Source: Patescibacteria group bacterium
Lineage (GTDB): Bacteria; Patescibacteriota; Minisyncoccia; Phycocordibacterales; UBA1550
Reading direction: 5' to 3'
DNA: 64,000 nt
Assembly (NCBI GenBank): GCA_038062675.1
Contig: JBBTWP010000001.1
Span: 186,059-250,058 of the forward strand
The translations under genes and the position numbers were made by a program. This document shows, piece after piece, positions 20,412 through 31,280 of the stretch. Positions within the stretch are counted from its first letter, which is position 1; the number at the start of each line of letters is the position of its first letter. Below the pieces are notes generated by a model. The model saw only the letters and a program-made list of their open reading frames with translations, made no database searches and was not told the DNA's origin.

Positions 20412-20816
20412 TTAGCTATTTAAAAAGGTGATGGTTAGCTGTAATGCTGTTGCGAATGTGACCCACAGGAGATAGGGAATGTTTACGTAAACTATCCAGC
20501 GGAGGGTAGGAGCAAGACGCCAAAGGGAGACGAGCGCCCACACCAGCGTACCGAGAACAAGGAGGATATCAAGAGCCGCCAGTAAATTGTTTTGGAGTCC
20601 AAACTGTATTGGTGTGAATGCAAAATTGAATACAAGGTTTAAAATAAATGGCAATGCAATAATGCGGGGAATGTGTCTTCGGTATGCATGGTACAGGACC
20701 ATGCCAAAAGTCACGGCGATGATGACATAGAGCACGGTCCATACCGGGCCAAACAACCAGCTTGGTGGTGCCCAGGTTGGCTTAATGAGCTCCGCGTACC
20801 ACTGGTAGGTTTCCAT
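20412..20816 (-). CDS. tspO: TspO/MBR family tryptophan-rich sensory protein
   Basis: WAPPSWLFGPVWTVLY and five TM helices. Start at METYQWY. Confidence 0.75.
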   Translation of the reverse strand: METYQWYAELIKPTWAPPSWLFGPVWTVLYVIIAVTFGMVLYHAYRRHIPRIIALPFILNLVFNFAFTPIQFGLQNNLLAALDILLVLGTLVWALVSLWRLAPTLRWIVYVNIPYLLWVTFATALQLTITFLNS

Positions 20817-20891
20817 ACATACATTGTAGCACGATGTGCCTGATTGCAAATAAAAACCGCTGCGTGTAAATACGCAACGGTTTTTTGGTTA

Positions 20892-21329
20892 TCACACCCA
20901 CTTTATCGTGTGTCGACGATCGCGACACCCTGGTTGAGCAACATATATATATGTGCCAACAACAGGACAAATGCGCACGTATTTCCATCCACGCCTCTTC
21001 TCGTCATAAAGAAATAGTATTTGACCTGTCTCATCTTCTGTTTCGGCCTCTTCTCTTAATCGTAAAGTTTTCATTCTACCGTTTTCCATAAATAAGAGTC
21101 CTGCAACTTGGAAAAGTTCATCTTCCTCAAAGTGTGGACCAATGATGTGTACCATGTCCCCTATTTTGAGAAACTCGCGGTGTTTAAAGTTGCAACCTCG
21201 ATGACCAAGCAAAGAAGTGCCTCTTGCTGTTTTTTCGATTGGAACACCATGTTGAAGGCAAAACGGACAACGAAGAAATCCATTGATTGGTTCATAGAAA
21301 TCATTTACTTTAATCTGTGGGATACTCAT
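20892..21329 (-). CDS. hypothetical zinc-ribbon-containing protein
   Basis: CPFC...HRGC motif. No family assigned. Confidence 0.4.
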   Translation of the reverse strand: MSIPQIKVNDFYEPINGFLRCPFCLQHGVPIEKTARGTSLLGHRGCNFKHREFLKIGDMVHIIGPHFEEDELFQVAGLLFMENGRMKTLRLREEAETEDETGQILFLYDEKRRGWKYVRICPVVGTYIYVAQPGCRDRRHTIKWV

Positions 21330-21422
21330 GTGTCACCTCCTGACGTGGTGGTAGTTGGGCACCGCAACAGCTCTGTCTGATTGAAACCATAGCATGTTTC
21401 CTAATGTTTGTACATCCTATTT

Positions 21423-23057
21423 TTAGAGGGTGGGTGTTTCGATGATTCTCACAGGAAAAGACTGCAAGTGAAATTGTTGTTCAATTTTAAGGTGCGAACG
21501 ATCGGCCCAAGGCGTACTCTTCGGCTCAGTCGTCGGGGTAATACGACCCTCACTCCAAGTGAGGATGTACGAATTGTTTTCAAGGCCACCATAAGGATGT
21601 GCAACTTCAGCTTCCCCGCGCTCCTCGGGTGTTTCAATATGGACTAGTGGGGGATTCTCATAATCCTCGCATCCACCAAATGAACCAGCACTCGAGACTG
21701 CTCCAGTGGATAAATGTACACGATCGAATGTCCGACTCCAGCATCCCGCATCACCAAAAGGTGTCATGAGCAAAATTGTATTCAGTGTTTTCGAAACCCC
21801 AACAATACTATTGCGCTTGAGGGTGGTTGCAATTGTTTTGGTTTTTTGTAATGCCGGATCGTACATGTAGAGTGTTGTCGAGCATTGTCCTCGATAATCG
21901 TGGCAGCTTGTGGGGCCGGTGAGATAATAAATCACATTGTCGCTCGGGAGGAAATCTGAAATAATTGAGTTTTCAGAAACGATAAAACCGCTCTCAGCTG
22001 AAAAGGTGTGTTCTGTGGCACCATCGCTTGACAGGTGAAGACGTACAAGTGATGGTTGTTTGTTGTTTTTTGAAAAATAAAAATCTTGTGTGCTGGGTGA
22101 AAATGAATACATGTCGGCCCCACGGGGAAGCGAGAATATTTTGCGTGCAATACGAGTGTTTGTGTCTATAAAGAATAATCCCCTGTTGGAAGTTTTTTCA
22201 AATTTATCCTCTGCAACCAAAATACGTCCCACTCCAACTTTAGGAAATATCCCGTTTGCGATGGTGCTCTCGAGTGTCTTTACAATCCCGCGTGATTCCA
22301 GTTCGCACGCTTCAGGAAGCGGGTTTTCGTTGGTGCTTATTACACGAAAAGCAAGCGGATTTGGCTCAGAGAATCGCAGGTATAACGACAGATATTCGTA
22401 GGGGCGGTATGGTTCGTTTGATCCACCCCAGAGAAATGTCATGCGTGTCGTTGTTGCGGGATTGAATGGTGCGTATGACGTGAGGAGGTCGCGGTTTGCA
22501 GTTATGCTTCTCAACCATGACTCCTCTTTGTTGTTGCCGAATGTAACATTGTAGGTTGTTCGTGACTGGCCATGTTCCACGGACGGGTCCCCCGACAGAA
22601 GAATCGCGCAGGAATTATTTTTATTTACAAATACTTGTTGTATATTCTCAAAAAAGTATGGTTTGGTATCAAATGCCGATGGTTCGACAGCGATCCACGC
22701 ATCGGGCATGCGGACACGGAATGAATATTCCGGGAACTCGACATACGCCCCTTGTATATCCGGTATCTCGGGAATTTTTTCAGGGGACTTTTCAAACGGA
22801 GGAGTGCCAATAAAGCTTGGTGGGAATGTAGTTGGAAGGGGCCCGCCATACGTGGGAGCAGCAAGCCTTCTTCCTGAGGGGTCCCATGGGGGAGGCGGTA
22901 AGCTTGTAACGAGTGGTGTGCTCGACAAATTGGGCGCCCTTCCCTCAGCCACACGTTTTCCGACGAGATATCCACCAACCCCGATTATTGCAATGACGAT
23001 AAAAGTAGAGAAGATGAGCAACGCTAGATCCTGTTGTTTTTTAATTTTGAATGCCAT
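21423..23057 (-). CDS. membrane-anchored extracytoplasmic protein, unknown function
   Basis: N-terminal TM anchor and a large Pro-rich ectodomain. Confidence 0.5.
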   Translation of the reverse strand: MAFKIKKQQDLALLIFSTFIVIAIIGVGGYLVGKRVAEGRAPNLSSTPLVTSLPPPPWDPSGRRLAAPTYGGPLPTTFPPSFIGTPPFEKSPEKIPEIPDIQGAYVEFPEYSFRVRMPDAWIAVEPSAFDTKPYFFENIQQVFVNKNNSCAILLSGDPSVEHGQSRTTYNVTFGNNKEESWLRSITANRDLLTSYAPFNPATTTRMTFLWGGSNEPYRPYEYLSLYLRFSEPNPLAFRVISTNENPLPEACELESRGIVKTLESTIANGIFPKVGVGRILVAEDKFEKTSNRGLFFIDTNTRIARKIFSLPRGADMYSFSPSTQDFYFSKNNKQPSLVRLHLSSDGATEHTFSAESGFIVSENSIISDFLPSDNVIYYLTGPTSCHDYRGQCSTTLYMYDPALQKTKTIATTLKRNSIVGVSKTLNTILLMTPFGDAGCWSRTFDRVHLSTGAVSSAGSFGGCEDYENPPLVHIETPEERGEAEVAHPYGGLENNSYILTWSEGRITPTTEPKSTPWADRSHLKIEQQFHLQSFPVRIIETPTL

Positions 23058-23083
23058 TTTTTTTAATAATATCATATTTCAGT

Positions 23084-23797
23084 TCATGCTCGAATGGGCA
23101 CCTCAATAAGGAGAACTGTGGCGGGGGTGGTTGCGGAGATGGAAAAGCGGGCTGTTTCGGAAATGCCGATTGCATCGCGTTTTGAAAGATGTTCGCCGTC
23201 GATTTCCACTTCCCCTTCCACAACCATAACATATGCGCCATTTCCCTTGTGTGCAATGGTGTACACAAGGGAAGTTTTTGCATCCATGTCCGTCCATGCA
23301 ATGCGCGTGTTTTGGTAGATTTGCAACGTGCCAGGTGTCTGATCTCCTGAAACTAAAAACTGCCAAGCATTTTTTCTGAGAGTGGGGTCAAAGCGGGTTT
23401 GCGCATAGCGAGGTTCTGCGTTTTTTATGTTTGGCTCAATCCAAATCTGAAAAAGAGAAAGAGGTTCCGTTTTGGAAGCATTGTATTCGGAATGCACAAC
23501 TCCGGTCCCTGCGGACATTGCTTGTACTTCTCCTGCGTGTACCATACCCTTGTTTCCCATGTTGTCCTCGTGAGTGACAGCGCCCGAAAGCGGGATAGTG
23601 ATGATCTCAAAATTGCGATGCGGGTGCATGTCGAATTTTCCCGGAGGTGCAATGTGGTCGTCGTTCAAGACCCGCAACGCCCCAAACCCCATGCGCGTCG
23701 GCTCATACCAATCAGCAAAGCTAAAACTAAAATGAGTTTTTAGCCAGCCGTGATCCCCCTCCCCACGTTCCCCCGCTCGGTGAATTATTTTCTGCAT
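23084..23797 (-). CDS. pirin family cupin protein
   Basis: HPHRNFEIITIPLSG pirin N-terminal motif. Confidence 0.85.
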   Translation of the reverse strand: MQKIIHRAGERGEGDHGWLKTHFSFSFADWYEPTRMGFGALRVLNDDHIAPPGKFDMHPHRNFEIITIPLSGAVTHEDNMGNKGMVHAGEVQAMSAGTGVVHSEYNASKTEPLSLFQIWIEPNIKNAEPRYAQTRFDPTLRKNAWQFLVSGDQTPGTLQIYQNTRIAWTDMDAKTSLVYTIAHKGNGAYVMVVEGEVEIDGEHLSKRDAIGISETARFSISATTPATVLLIEVPIRA

Positions 23798-23810
23798 GGC
23801 TAAAAAGCTG

Positions 23811-24824
23811 TTATTTCTTTTTTCCTACTGCAAGCATGGTCAAAATGAGGCCAAGCATCTTGTCCTTGTGGGAGGGATCACTCTCGGCAACCAAGAGCGT
23901 GATGGCGGTAAGTGCTGGGGGTGTAATGCGCGAAGTGTCGAGCGCCTTCGCTTTTGCCAGGAACCACACAAACGCATATGCACCACTTCGTTTGTTCCCG
24001 TCGACGAAGGGGTGATTTTTAATAATGAAGTAAAGAAGGTGAGCAGCTTTTTCCTCGACACTTTGATACACATCTGCGCCGCCAAAAGATTGCATGACAT
24101 TTCCCACAATCCCGGCAATACTTCCCCGCTCGCGTTCAGTGGCAAAAAGGTCAGTCGCCTCACCTTTTCCAAGAAGTGATTTTTTAAGTGAAGAAAGAGC
24201 ATCGGAAAAAACATCGGCCGTGAGTTTAACCGATTTTTTTGTAGCACCCTTTGTGATCAAGGTGTCCTTGTCGTATGCGTCGAGAGAAAGCCATGTGTCA
24301 GCAAAAAGCGTAATGAGTTCAAGGACACCCTCTGTATCGATCGCCGTTCCCTTTGGGAGGAGCGCTTTTACGTCAGCTACGGTCTTCAGGAACGCATCAT
24401 AATTCTGTGCGATGCGCGACTTGTTGATGGTGTAGCCGTCGACGATATGAGCGCGTAAAGTTTTTGTCGCCCATTGGCGGAAAATGGTTGCTTTCTTGCT
24501 ATTCACTCGATATCCAACAGAAAGAATCATGTCGAGATTGTAATGCATTACATCACGGTCAACCTCGCGCTTCCCCTCCTTCTGAACTATCCGGAAATTC
24601 CGGAGAGTTGCAGAGGCTGTTAACTCCTTTGTTTTATAGATATTTTTGATATGTTCATTGATGGTACGCACATCCACGTCAAAAGCTGTCGCAATCTGCG
24701 CCTGTGTTGCCCATACGGTTTCCTTGCCAAAGTCGCCCCGAAGCTCGATAGCCCCCGATTTTGCTTGGTAAATCACTGTCTCTTTTTTTGTCGCCTTCGC
24801 TTTCATAATGACGTATTGTAACAC
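23811..24824 (-). CDS. RhuM-like N-domain fused to Fic/Doc family domain
   Basis: RhuM-like TVIYQAKSGAIELRGDFGKETVWATQAQIA. Doc-type motif HPFVDGNKRSGA. Confidence 0.7.
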   Translation of the reverse strand: MLQYVIMKAKATKKETVIYQAKSGAIELRGDFGKETVWATQAQIATAFDVDVRTINEHIKNIYKTKELTASATLRNFRIVQKEGKREVDRDVMHYNLDMILSVGYRVNSKKATIFRQWATKTLRAHIVDGYTINKSRIAQNYDAFLKTVADVKALLPKGTAIDTEGVLELITLFADTWLSLDAYDKDTLITKGATKKSVKLTADVFSDALSSLKKSLLGKGEATDLFATERERGSIAGIVGNVMQSFGGADVYQSVEEKAAHLLYFIIKNHPFVDGNKRSGAYAFVWFLAKAKALDTSRITPPALTAITLLVAESDPSHKDKMLGLILTMLAVGKKK

Positions 24825-24839
24825 ATCAACGCTTGTTTT

Positions 24840-25889
24840 CTAGGACGCTTTTTGGTCAGTAGCAAAATCTAGGTCTTGCTCAGGTATTCCTAGTGTCTTG
24901 CCGTACGCAGTTGCGTCTGTCCAAGTTGATTTGTCTCCACTTTGAATCGTGAAAATTCTATCCTTAAAAATAATTTTGCCGATATTTTTTTCTGATTGTC
25001 GCAGATGAATATACCACGGGCCGCTCGTCAGGGACTGTGAAAGCTCGGTGAGTTGTTTTTCGCCTACCGAGACGTGGTACACCATTTCGTCCCCTTCTCG
25101 TTCTGTTTTGTTGACCTTCAGCTTCTCAAGGATACGCTCGTCGCTCAAACTTTTCTTGATGACCACTCCCTTGAATGCTCGTTTTTCAAAATTGATTACG
25201 CATTCCTCGTAGAGTTTTTTGATTCTATTGTATTCCTTTTCTGCCTTCTCGACAGCAGCAAGAAGATCGCCCGCTTTTGAGTTTTTGACGGTATCACGTA
25301 CTGCCTCTTTTGCAATGTCTTTTGCCTTGCTTTCGAGATGTCCTCGTACGTTGGTGAGCTCTTTCAATTTTTCCTCAAGTAACTTTTTCAAGTTGAAACA
25401 TCCAGGCTCGTCACCCCCTTCTCCCCCCTTTTTCTTTTTTAGTAATTTACCAGCAATGAAACCAAACGGAAGCGTTGCAAGAAGTGCAAGGATTACCCAA
25501 AGTATCGGATTTGTGGAGGTCTTTTGTGGGGTGGTCGGTATCGGACTTGAGGGTGTTGGTGTGGTGGGTGCTATTGTCGTGACCGGCGTTGGTGCTTGGG
25601 GGTTCGCCGGACGCGGCGCGAGAGGCGTGGAGGTTGTTGCTGGCTTGGGTGCTGATGCCGGTGCGGTTATAGGTGCCGGGCGCGGCGCCGACACCGCTCC
25701 TGATGTCGAAGTGGAAGCAGGTGCAACTGCGGGGTCGGTAGTCCCTGTTGGTTCTATAGCTGGCTTAGTTTTAGAAAGGGTTGCGGGGACTGGCTCTGCT
25801 ATCGCGCCCGAGTCTCCCGTTTGTGCGAGTATTGGGCTTGGGGTGAACAGAACGAGGAGTAACAGTAATTTGGTCATGCTTCTGTTCAT
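24840..25889 (-). CDS. secreted Pro/Thr/Ala-rich protein with central TM segment
   Basis: Signal peptide, long PT-rich low-complexity region, TM segment, charged coiled C-terminal domain. Confidence 0.5.
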   Translation of the reverse strand: MNRSMTKLLLLLVLFTPSPILAQTGDSGAIAEPVPATLSKTKPAIEPTGTTDPAVAPASTSTSGAVSAPRPAPITAPASAPKPATTSTPLAPRPANPQAPTPVTTIAPTTPTPSSPIPTTPQKTSTNPILWVILALLATLPFGFIAGKLLKKKKGGEGGDEPGCFNLKKLLEEKLKELTNVRGHLESKAKDIAKEAVRDTVKNSKAGDLLAAVEKAEKEYNRIKKLYEECVINFEKRAFKGVVIKKSLSDERILEKLKVNKTEREGDEMVYHVSVGEKQLTELSQSLTSGPWYIHLRQSEKNIGKIIFKDRIFTIQSGDKSTWTDATAYGKTLGIPEQDLDFATDQKAS

Positions 25890-26197
25890 GTGGTTGTTAT
25901 GTTAAAAAATATTCTACGCCTTTTGTTCGTATTTCAAGATCGCATCAACAAGTGGTGGCACCCACTTTTTTTGAGTAAACAAAAGTGCCAAACCAACGAG
26001 AATCAGGACCAAAAGAACTACGCGCACTACTCGAATAGTTTTGCTCGAGTTATTTTCCATTCGCTCTAAGATGGGCTGCATATATATTAATAGTATACTA
26101 CAATTTTGAGATTGTGAATGTGCAGAAATTAATCGCTATTTAGTTGTGTTGCTTGAGCGCCAGCCGAGCTCACGAAGAATTTCTTTGGTTCCGTTCA

Positions 26198-26680
26198 CTA
26201 CAAAAAAAGCGGATTGTAGGTAAAACTAAAAGCTCCCGAGGGTTCGGTGTAAGTCAATGTTTCAGGACGATTTTCAGTATTTGATAGGCGTGTTGTGAAA
26301 ATGTGTGGCAAAAATATAAATGCGCCGATGATGCCTGCAGTAAGTGTTGCCAAGAGGACTGCTCCTGCTGCGACGTCTTTTGTATCCCGTGCGTAGGGGT
26401 GGTATTCGGGAGACGTGAGGTTGATATCGATTTCAATCGCGGTGTTGAATGCTTCTGCAACCAAAACAAGTCCACTTGCAAGAATGAGGGCAATCCACTC
26501 CGTGCTCGTAATCTTGAATACAAATCCAAGCGCCACCGCAAGCACGAGAACTGCTGCGTGCACCCACGCATTATGAGTGCTCTTGAAAAAAATTGTTATT
26601 CCTCGACCAGCATGCGTAAAACTCTCTGCACGCTTCACCATCGAAAACTTTTCATCTCTAATCCCCTTGTTGTCTATCAT
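26198..26680 (-). CDS. dgkA: diacylglycerol kinase / undecaprenol kinase (DgkA family)
   Basis: Three-TM small kinase with a conserved EAFNTAIE region. Confidence 0.75.
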   Translation of the reverse strand: MIDNKGIRDEKFSMVKRAESFTHAGRGITIFFKSTHNAWVHAAVLVLAVALGFVFKITSTEWIALILASGLVLVAEAFNTAIEIDINLTSPEYHPYARDTKDVAAGAVLLATLTAGIIGAFIFLPHIFTTRLSNTENRPETLTYTEPSGAFSFTYNPLFL

Positions 26681-26758
26681 GGTGTAATTATAGCAGATTA
26701 CGGATTTTTTTAGATCACTGTTCGCCTACGGCAAGGACCGCCCTTGCCGTAGGCATTG

Positions 26759-27262
26759 TTATACAATCTTTACTCTTTGTGTAATCTGCGCCCTTAAGTT
26801 GTCTTCATTTGGGGTTGAAGTTACATGAAGAATAGGAATACCGCAATGATTTAATACCCTATCTACAAATCCGTCACGTAGTTGCCTTTCTGGTTTTTCG
26901 TGTGAGGGGTCATCAAGTTCAATTACTAAAATAGGTGAGATATTCTGCTTATCAAAAAGTACAAAGTCCACCGACTTTAAATCAATTTTGTTTCTGTAGC
27001 CGCTTTTTAGTGAACCCTTGCCACTTAGTAGGACAATTTTATCGAGAGCTAATTGTGGGAAAATATAATATTGACCCTCAACAGCTTTTTCAAGTATCAC
27101 AAAAAACTCATGCTCAGCGCGAGTAAGCAAGTAGGACTTTTTCATATATGGGAGCCACTCTTCTTTTTTGGCTGATTTTCCAAGATCATTTTTCTGAGCA
27201 AGCAACTTAAAAATGAACCCCAGAACAAAGACAATGAGCGCGAGAACTATAAGCTTGTTCAT
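26759..27262 (-). CDS. DUF2726-like membrane-anchored protein
   Basis: N-terminal TM anchor plus NERD/DUF2726-like domain (LVIELDDPSHEKPER). Confidence 0.55.
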   Translation of the reverse strand: MNKLIVLALIVFVLGFIFKLLAQKNDLGKSAKKEEWLPYMKKSYLLTRAEHEFFVILEKAVEGQYYIFPQLALDKIVLLSGKGSLKSGYRNKIDLKSVDFVLFDKQNISPILVIELDDPSHEKPERQLRDGFVDRVLNHCGIPILHVTSTPNEDNLRAQITQRVKIV

Positions 27263-27429
27263 ATTGCACTAAGTATAGCCTGTGAAATTAACCTCGGCAA
27301 CCTTATTTCGGCCTCTCAAAGTAGGTTTTCTTTGTGGTTCGGGAGTCTTTGCAAATTACACCACACAACTTATTTCACGAGGTCTCACCTCGAGCCCGTC
27401 GAATCAACGAGAGGTGGTACCCACATTTT

Positions 27430-28293
27430 TTAGGTAAACAAATTGAATTTGTTGTTATACTGATAATCGTGCAGTTTTTCTATAAAGTTTATCTTTTTTT
27501 CGGCGAAATGATCTTTTGACGGCATAAGGAATTCTTTTATTTTTTTATCTAGCCAAGTAGAAAATTTCTCGCATGAAAACAAAATCAAAAAGAAAAGCAG
27601 AAGTAATGACGGGTTTGATAGTGAAAAATCTCCATACGCCCAGAGATGACCGAAAAAAATGGCGGACGGGAAAGTCGCCAATAAAATGGCAAAAAGAACA
27701 TTCTTTGAGATATAGAAGTACTTGAAAAACGGCTCAATATTTTTCTTCTCGTCTTTAGGCGGAGGATTCTCACCCCTACCATAATGATATTTGTCGATAG
27801 CCGTTTGAATTCGTTCATAACGAGCATCGGATAACCAAAACAAAAATTTCAACACTCTATTGGCTAACTCGTTGAGCATGCGTTTGAAAAAAAGTCTATC
27901 AGAGAGATGATTTGCCACTAAAATCTCTACAAACTCATTCATTGTAAAACTTCTACTTGATAACTGGTGGTTAACTTTTTGGGTCGCATTATCAAATGTA
28001 AATTCGCTACCATCCGAAAAAAAGTTTGTGACTTTTCTTTTGTACTCCTCTCCTTCGGTGATGATATAACTAGTCTTTCCCACCTCTTTTTCGGGCCTAG
28101 TCATTACTACGGAATAAAAAAATCCGCGATCTAGGGCAGCGATTTTGATAAACATCCGCCTTTCATCCTTAAAATAGGGCGTATTTTCCGGATAAAGACG
28201 AATCAGAGAAAATCCCATTTCATTCTGAAATGCTGTGATTGACTCATCGGAGTTTTGGTGTGTATAAAGTTTTACGAATTCATCGCTCTTCAT
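27430..28293 (-). CDS. hypothetical protein with C-terminal TM segments
   Basis: ORF only. AT-rich island gene. Confidence 0.4.
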   Translation of the reverse strand: MKSDEFVKLYTHQNSDESITAFQNEMGFSLIRLYPENTPYFKDERRMFIKIAALDRGFFYSVVMTRPEKEVGKTSYIITEGEEYKRKVTNFFSDGSEFTFDNATQKVNHQLSSRSFTMNEFVEILVANHLSDRLFFKRMLNELANRVLKFLFWLSDARYERIQTAIDKYHYGRGENPPPKDEKKNIEPFFKYFYISKNVLFAILLATFPSAIFFGHLWAYGDFSLSNPSLLLLFFLILFSCEKFSTWLDKKIKEFLMPSKDHFAEKKINFIEKLHDYQYNNKFNLFT

Positions 28294-28315
28294 AGGATTT
28301 TATGCTTTTAGCACA

Positions 28316-29479
28316 TTATCGATTTCCTTTTGCTCGATTGTGTGTTTTACAGAGCATCTGACAGTTCTTTACTGAGGTAGCGCCACCCTTGCTCCACGCT
28401 GATACATGGTCGGCATCCATTTCGGCTAGCTTCCAAACTTTACCCTTGTTGGCATCATGTCCAAGAGTACAAAGAGGACAGTTCGATTCATTTTTAGCTT
28501 TAGCTTTGTCTGTTTGCGTTGCGTAAACTGACTTTTTTGTTGCTTCGTCAAAAACTCTCACCTCTAGCAGTTTTGTATCGGCTGAACCGCCGAGAATGTA
28601 CTCAAAAATCCCTTTACGGTTTTTGATATACGGATCACCGTAGAGCTTATGTAACTCTCTTGATACCTTAGCGGGGTCGTAAGCTTTCTTGTGGTACTCC
28701 TCATACAGTCGTCCCCACTCAAGACCTTTCATCTCGCTCTCCACATCTTTGAATATACTAGAAACCCACTCTATAACACTATTAAAATATGTTTTTAATT
28801 CAGTGATATTTTTGTTACTACGATGACTACTCATGTAATCGTTGATATTACCTTTGCTCACCCAATCAAGTGCTCGCTCCAGAAACTCCTGCCTGTTTGC
28901 GCTACCTGAGACATACGCACTCCATTTTTGAATATTGGCATTCTGGCTGTTACTAAATTCTTCTTTACCAAGTGTTACAAATGGACCATAATAAACAGCG
29001 TTCAATAACTCTTGATGACTCAAAGGAACACCAGAGATGTTAATCGTCTTAAACCACTCTATTATTTCACTTTCTTTACCTTCACATTCGTAAATGAGTA
29101 GCTTCGATTCCAAAATCTTAATCTGCTTATCTTTAGCAATACCACTAAAATATTGCTCCATACCATTTTCATCCTTAACAGCAAATTTGTCGGTCACGTA
29201 GCGTCCAATACTGGTAATGCGTTGTTGTCCGTCCAAAACTTCAAGGACATCGTCACTGACTTTATTAAAATATATCAATCCAAGTGGGTACCCCTTTAGG
29301 ATTGATTCGATAACGGCAACATCCTTTTTACCATCTGCATAAATATAGTTACGCTGATACTCTGGCTGAATAGTTAATTTGCCTGACAAGCCAAACAACC
29401 CCTTGCCTTCAAGCTCGTTGTAAACAAATCCTTCACAGATATCTTTGACGGTGATGCTAGTTTTTAAAATTGTTTTCAT
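28316..29479 (-). CDS. DUF262 (ParB-like/GmrS) domain protein fused to C-terminal HNH nuclease
   Basis: DUF262 hallmark [11 protein letters not shown]-terminal [13 protein letters not shown]...[15 protein letters not shown]. Confidence 0.7.
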   Translation of the reverse strand: MKTILKTSITVKDICEGFVYNELEGKGLFGLSGKLTIQPEYQRNYIYADGKKDVAVIESILKGYPLGLIYFNKVSDDVLEVLDGQQRITSIGRYVTDKFAVKDENGMEQYFSGIAKDKQIKILESKLLIYECEGKESEIIEWFKTINISGVPLSHQELLNAVYYGPFVTLGKEEFSNSQNANIQKWSAYVSGSANRQEFLERALDWVSKGNINDYMSSHRSNKNITELKTYFNSVIEWVSSIFKDVESEMKGLEWGRLYEEYHKKAYDPAKVSRELHKLYGDPYIKNRKGIFEYILGGSADTKLLEVRVFDEATKKSVYATQTDKAKAKNESNCPLCTLGHDANKGKVWKLAEMDADHVSAWSKGGATSVKNCQMLCKTHNRAKGNR

Positions 29480-29492
29480 ATTATTTTTTTGT

Positions 29493-30098
29493 TTAACTTA
29501 CTATGTCTGGCAAGTCTCGCAATTTCTTGCCTTTATATTTAAAATAATCCGCACCTGCATAAGCTCCACTCTCGTTCAGTTCGCCTCGTTGCTCATAGAG
29601 TTTATACGCGAGCGGAGATAATTTCCAAACCTGACCACCATATTCCACTTCTCGTTCACCGACAATTTTCGCTGTTATTTTTTCATCATCCTTAAAAACA
29701 ATCTCTTCCCCATTTTTCAAACCTTTTTTATAAAAGCTGAACAGTCTGCCTTGTCTTCTCACTTTCGATACTTCATCAAACTCTTTTTCCTGGTCAATGT
29801 TTTCAGGGTAAATAACTTTACCTTTAAATGAAAGTAGGAGCTCCCGAATCAATTCTTGGTCTAGGGCGAATAGTTCACTCTCACCAACTCGGTGTTTATT
29901 AAAAATATCGTGTAAGAGAGTTTCTTTCTCGACATAATCCTCAAGTTCAATTGCAAAAAATCTCTTTAACCCAGCAACATTGTAATAACCATTCGCTTCA
30001 AGGTTTCGCATCCTCTCCTGGTAATTATTTGTGCCTGTTTGTCCGATTTTTATCAAACCTGAAACAGCTGTTGTCGTTATATAAATAATTCCCTTCAT
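29493..30098 (-). CDS. GIY-YIG superfamily (T5orf172-like) nuclease
   Basis: [21 protein letters not shown] (GIY...YIG-like) followed by RMRNLE...N. Stop abuts the upstream methyltransferase gene. Start taken at internal MKGIIY. Confidence 0.6.
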   Translation of the reverse strand: MKGIIYITTTAVSGLIKIGQTGTNNYQERMRNLEANGYYNVAGLKRFFAIELEDYVEKETLLHDIFNKHRVGESELFALDQELIRELLLSFKGKVIYPENIDQEKEFDEVSKVRRQGRLFSFYKKGLKNGEEIVFKDDEKITAKIVGEREVEYGGQVWKLSPLAYKLYEQRGELNESGAYAGADYFKYKGKKLRDLPDIVS

Positions 30099-30099
30099 A

Positions 30100-31272
30100 T
30101 TATTTTTTATTATGCCTGATAAAAATTCTTTTATACGCCATCTTTGCGACGTTATTTTCATAATAACCAGCTGTTGGGTTACCTTCCTTATATGCGCCTG
30201 TACCACCTGCTTTATAGTAATCGGCAACAAATTCTTTTGTTAAACCTGGTGTTTTCTTAAATTTATCATCAACAATACCATTATCACTTGTTCCTAAAAT
30301 ACTAAATTGTTCCGGAGAATATTTGTCGAGAAAACTAATCGGTACCCCTATAACACCTTTATAATCGCTCGGAATGGCATCAGTAAATGGTACTTCTATA
30401 GCGTCATAATTGTCATAGCGGTTATAGGATTCTTTGCCTTTGACTTCTTTATGTTTGCTGTACTTCAAATTGTCCTCCATAGTCATGAGTGGTAATGGCT
30501 TGTGACGTCGCCCGTGGTCAAGATTGGTAAACCAACAAGAATTACCGAGTCTTGTATAATCACCCACATATCCGAGTCGAGCAGCTTTCTGCTTGTCTTT
30601 TTCGTCAACTTCTGTACCTTTTGGAACGGCAAAAACCATATCACTACCATTTCCAGTCGCCCCCAACCAAGCTTTGTTTTCCTTAATTAGAGGAAAAACT
30701 TCCTTGTAGGTAATCGCGTTCATGTTGCCGATAATCACAAACTGTTTATTGGCTTCCACGATCCACGCCAAAAATTCACGGAACAGCGAGAACGGCGGAT
30801 TGGTAATGATGATGTCTGCCTCATCGCGGAGTTTTTTAATCTCATCACTCTTAAAGTCCCCGTCACCTTTTAAATACCGCCACTCAAGGTCTTCGACATC
30901 TGTCTTGCCGTCACCAGTCTTGTCGTGAGTTAGGGTAAAAATTTTTCCGTTTTTGGAAGTTTTGTTTTTATTGTATTGCGAGTCGTTTGCTTCAAAGAGG
31001 GTCGGCTGATAGTCACTTTTATAGCTCTTGCTATCTGAAGCATAACTGGTACTAATAAGTTTTTTTAAACCGAGTTTCTGAAAGTTTTGAGCTAAAAATT
31101 TTGTAAAGTTGCTCCACTCTGGGTCATCGCAAGGCAATAAAATTATTTTACCCCGAAATGCGTCCGGGTTATATTCCAAATACGCTTCAATCTCTTTTTG
31201 AATATCGTTATACTGCGTATAGAACTCGTCATTTTTTGCCTTTTTTGCGTTTGTGAGATTACTGTTTGCCAT
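30100..31272 (-). CDS. N6-adenine DNA methyltransferase (EcoRI-methylase-like)
   Basis: NDEFYTQ N-terminal motif and IITNPPFS (NPPF motif IV). Confidence 0.75.
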   Translation of the reverse strand: MANSNLTNAKKAKNDEFYTQYNDIQKEIEAYLEYNPDAFRGKIILLPCDDPEWSNFTKFLAQNFQKLGLKKLISTSYASDSKSYKSDYQPTLFEANDSQYNKNKTSKNGKIFTLTHDKTGDGKTDVEDLEWRYLKGDGDFKSDEIKKLRDEADIIITNPPFSLFREFLAWIVEANKQFVIIGNMNAITYKEVFPLIKENKAWLGATGNGSDMVFAVPKGTEVDEKDKQKAARLGYVGDYTRLGNSCWFTNLDHGRRHKPLPLMTMEDNLKYSKHKEVKGKESYNRYDNYDAIEVPFTDAIPSDYKGVIGVPISFLDKYSPEQFSILGTSDNGIVDDKFKKTPGLTKEFVADYYKAGGTGAYKEGNPTAGYYENNVAKMAYKRIFIRHNKK

Positions 31273-31280
31273 AATATTTT

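Noticed and set aside
26726-26757. 13-bp inverted repeat gcctacggcaagg...ccttgccgtaggc between dgkA and the DUF2726 gene as a terminator
   Set aside because: The hairpin is not followed by a T-tract on the minus strand where the upstream gene ends. A T-run precedes it on the plus strand, which has no gene. Possibly a protein-binding palindrome; not called.
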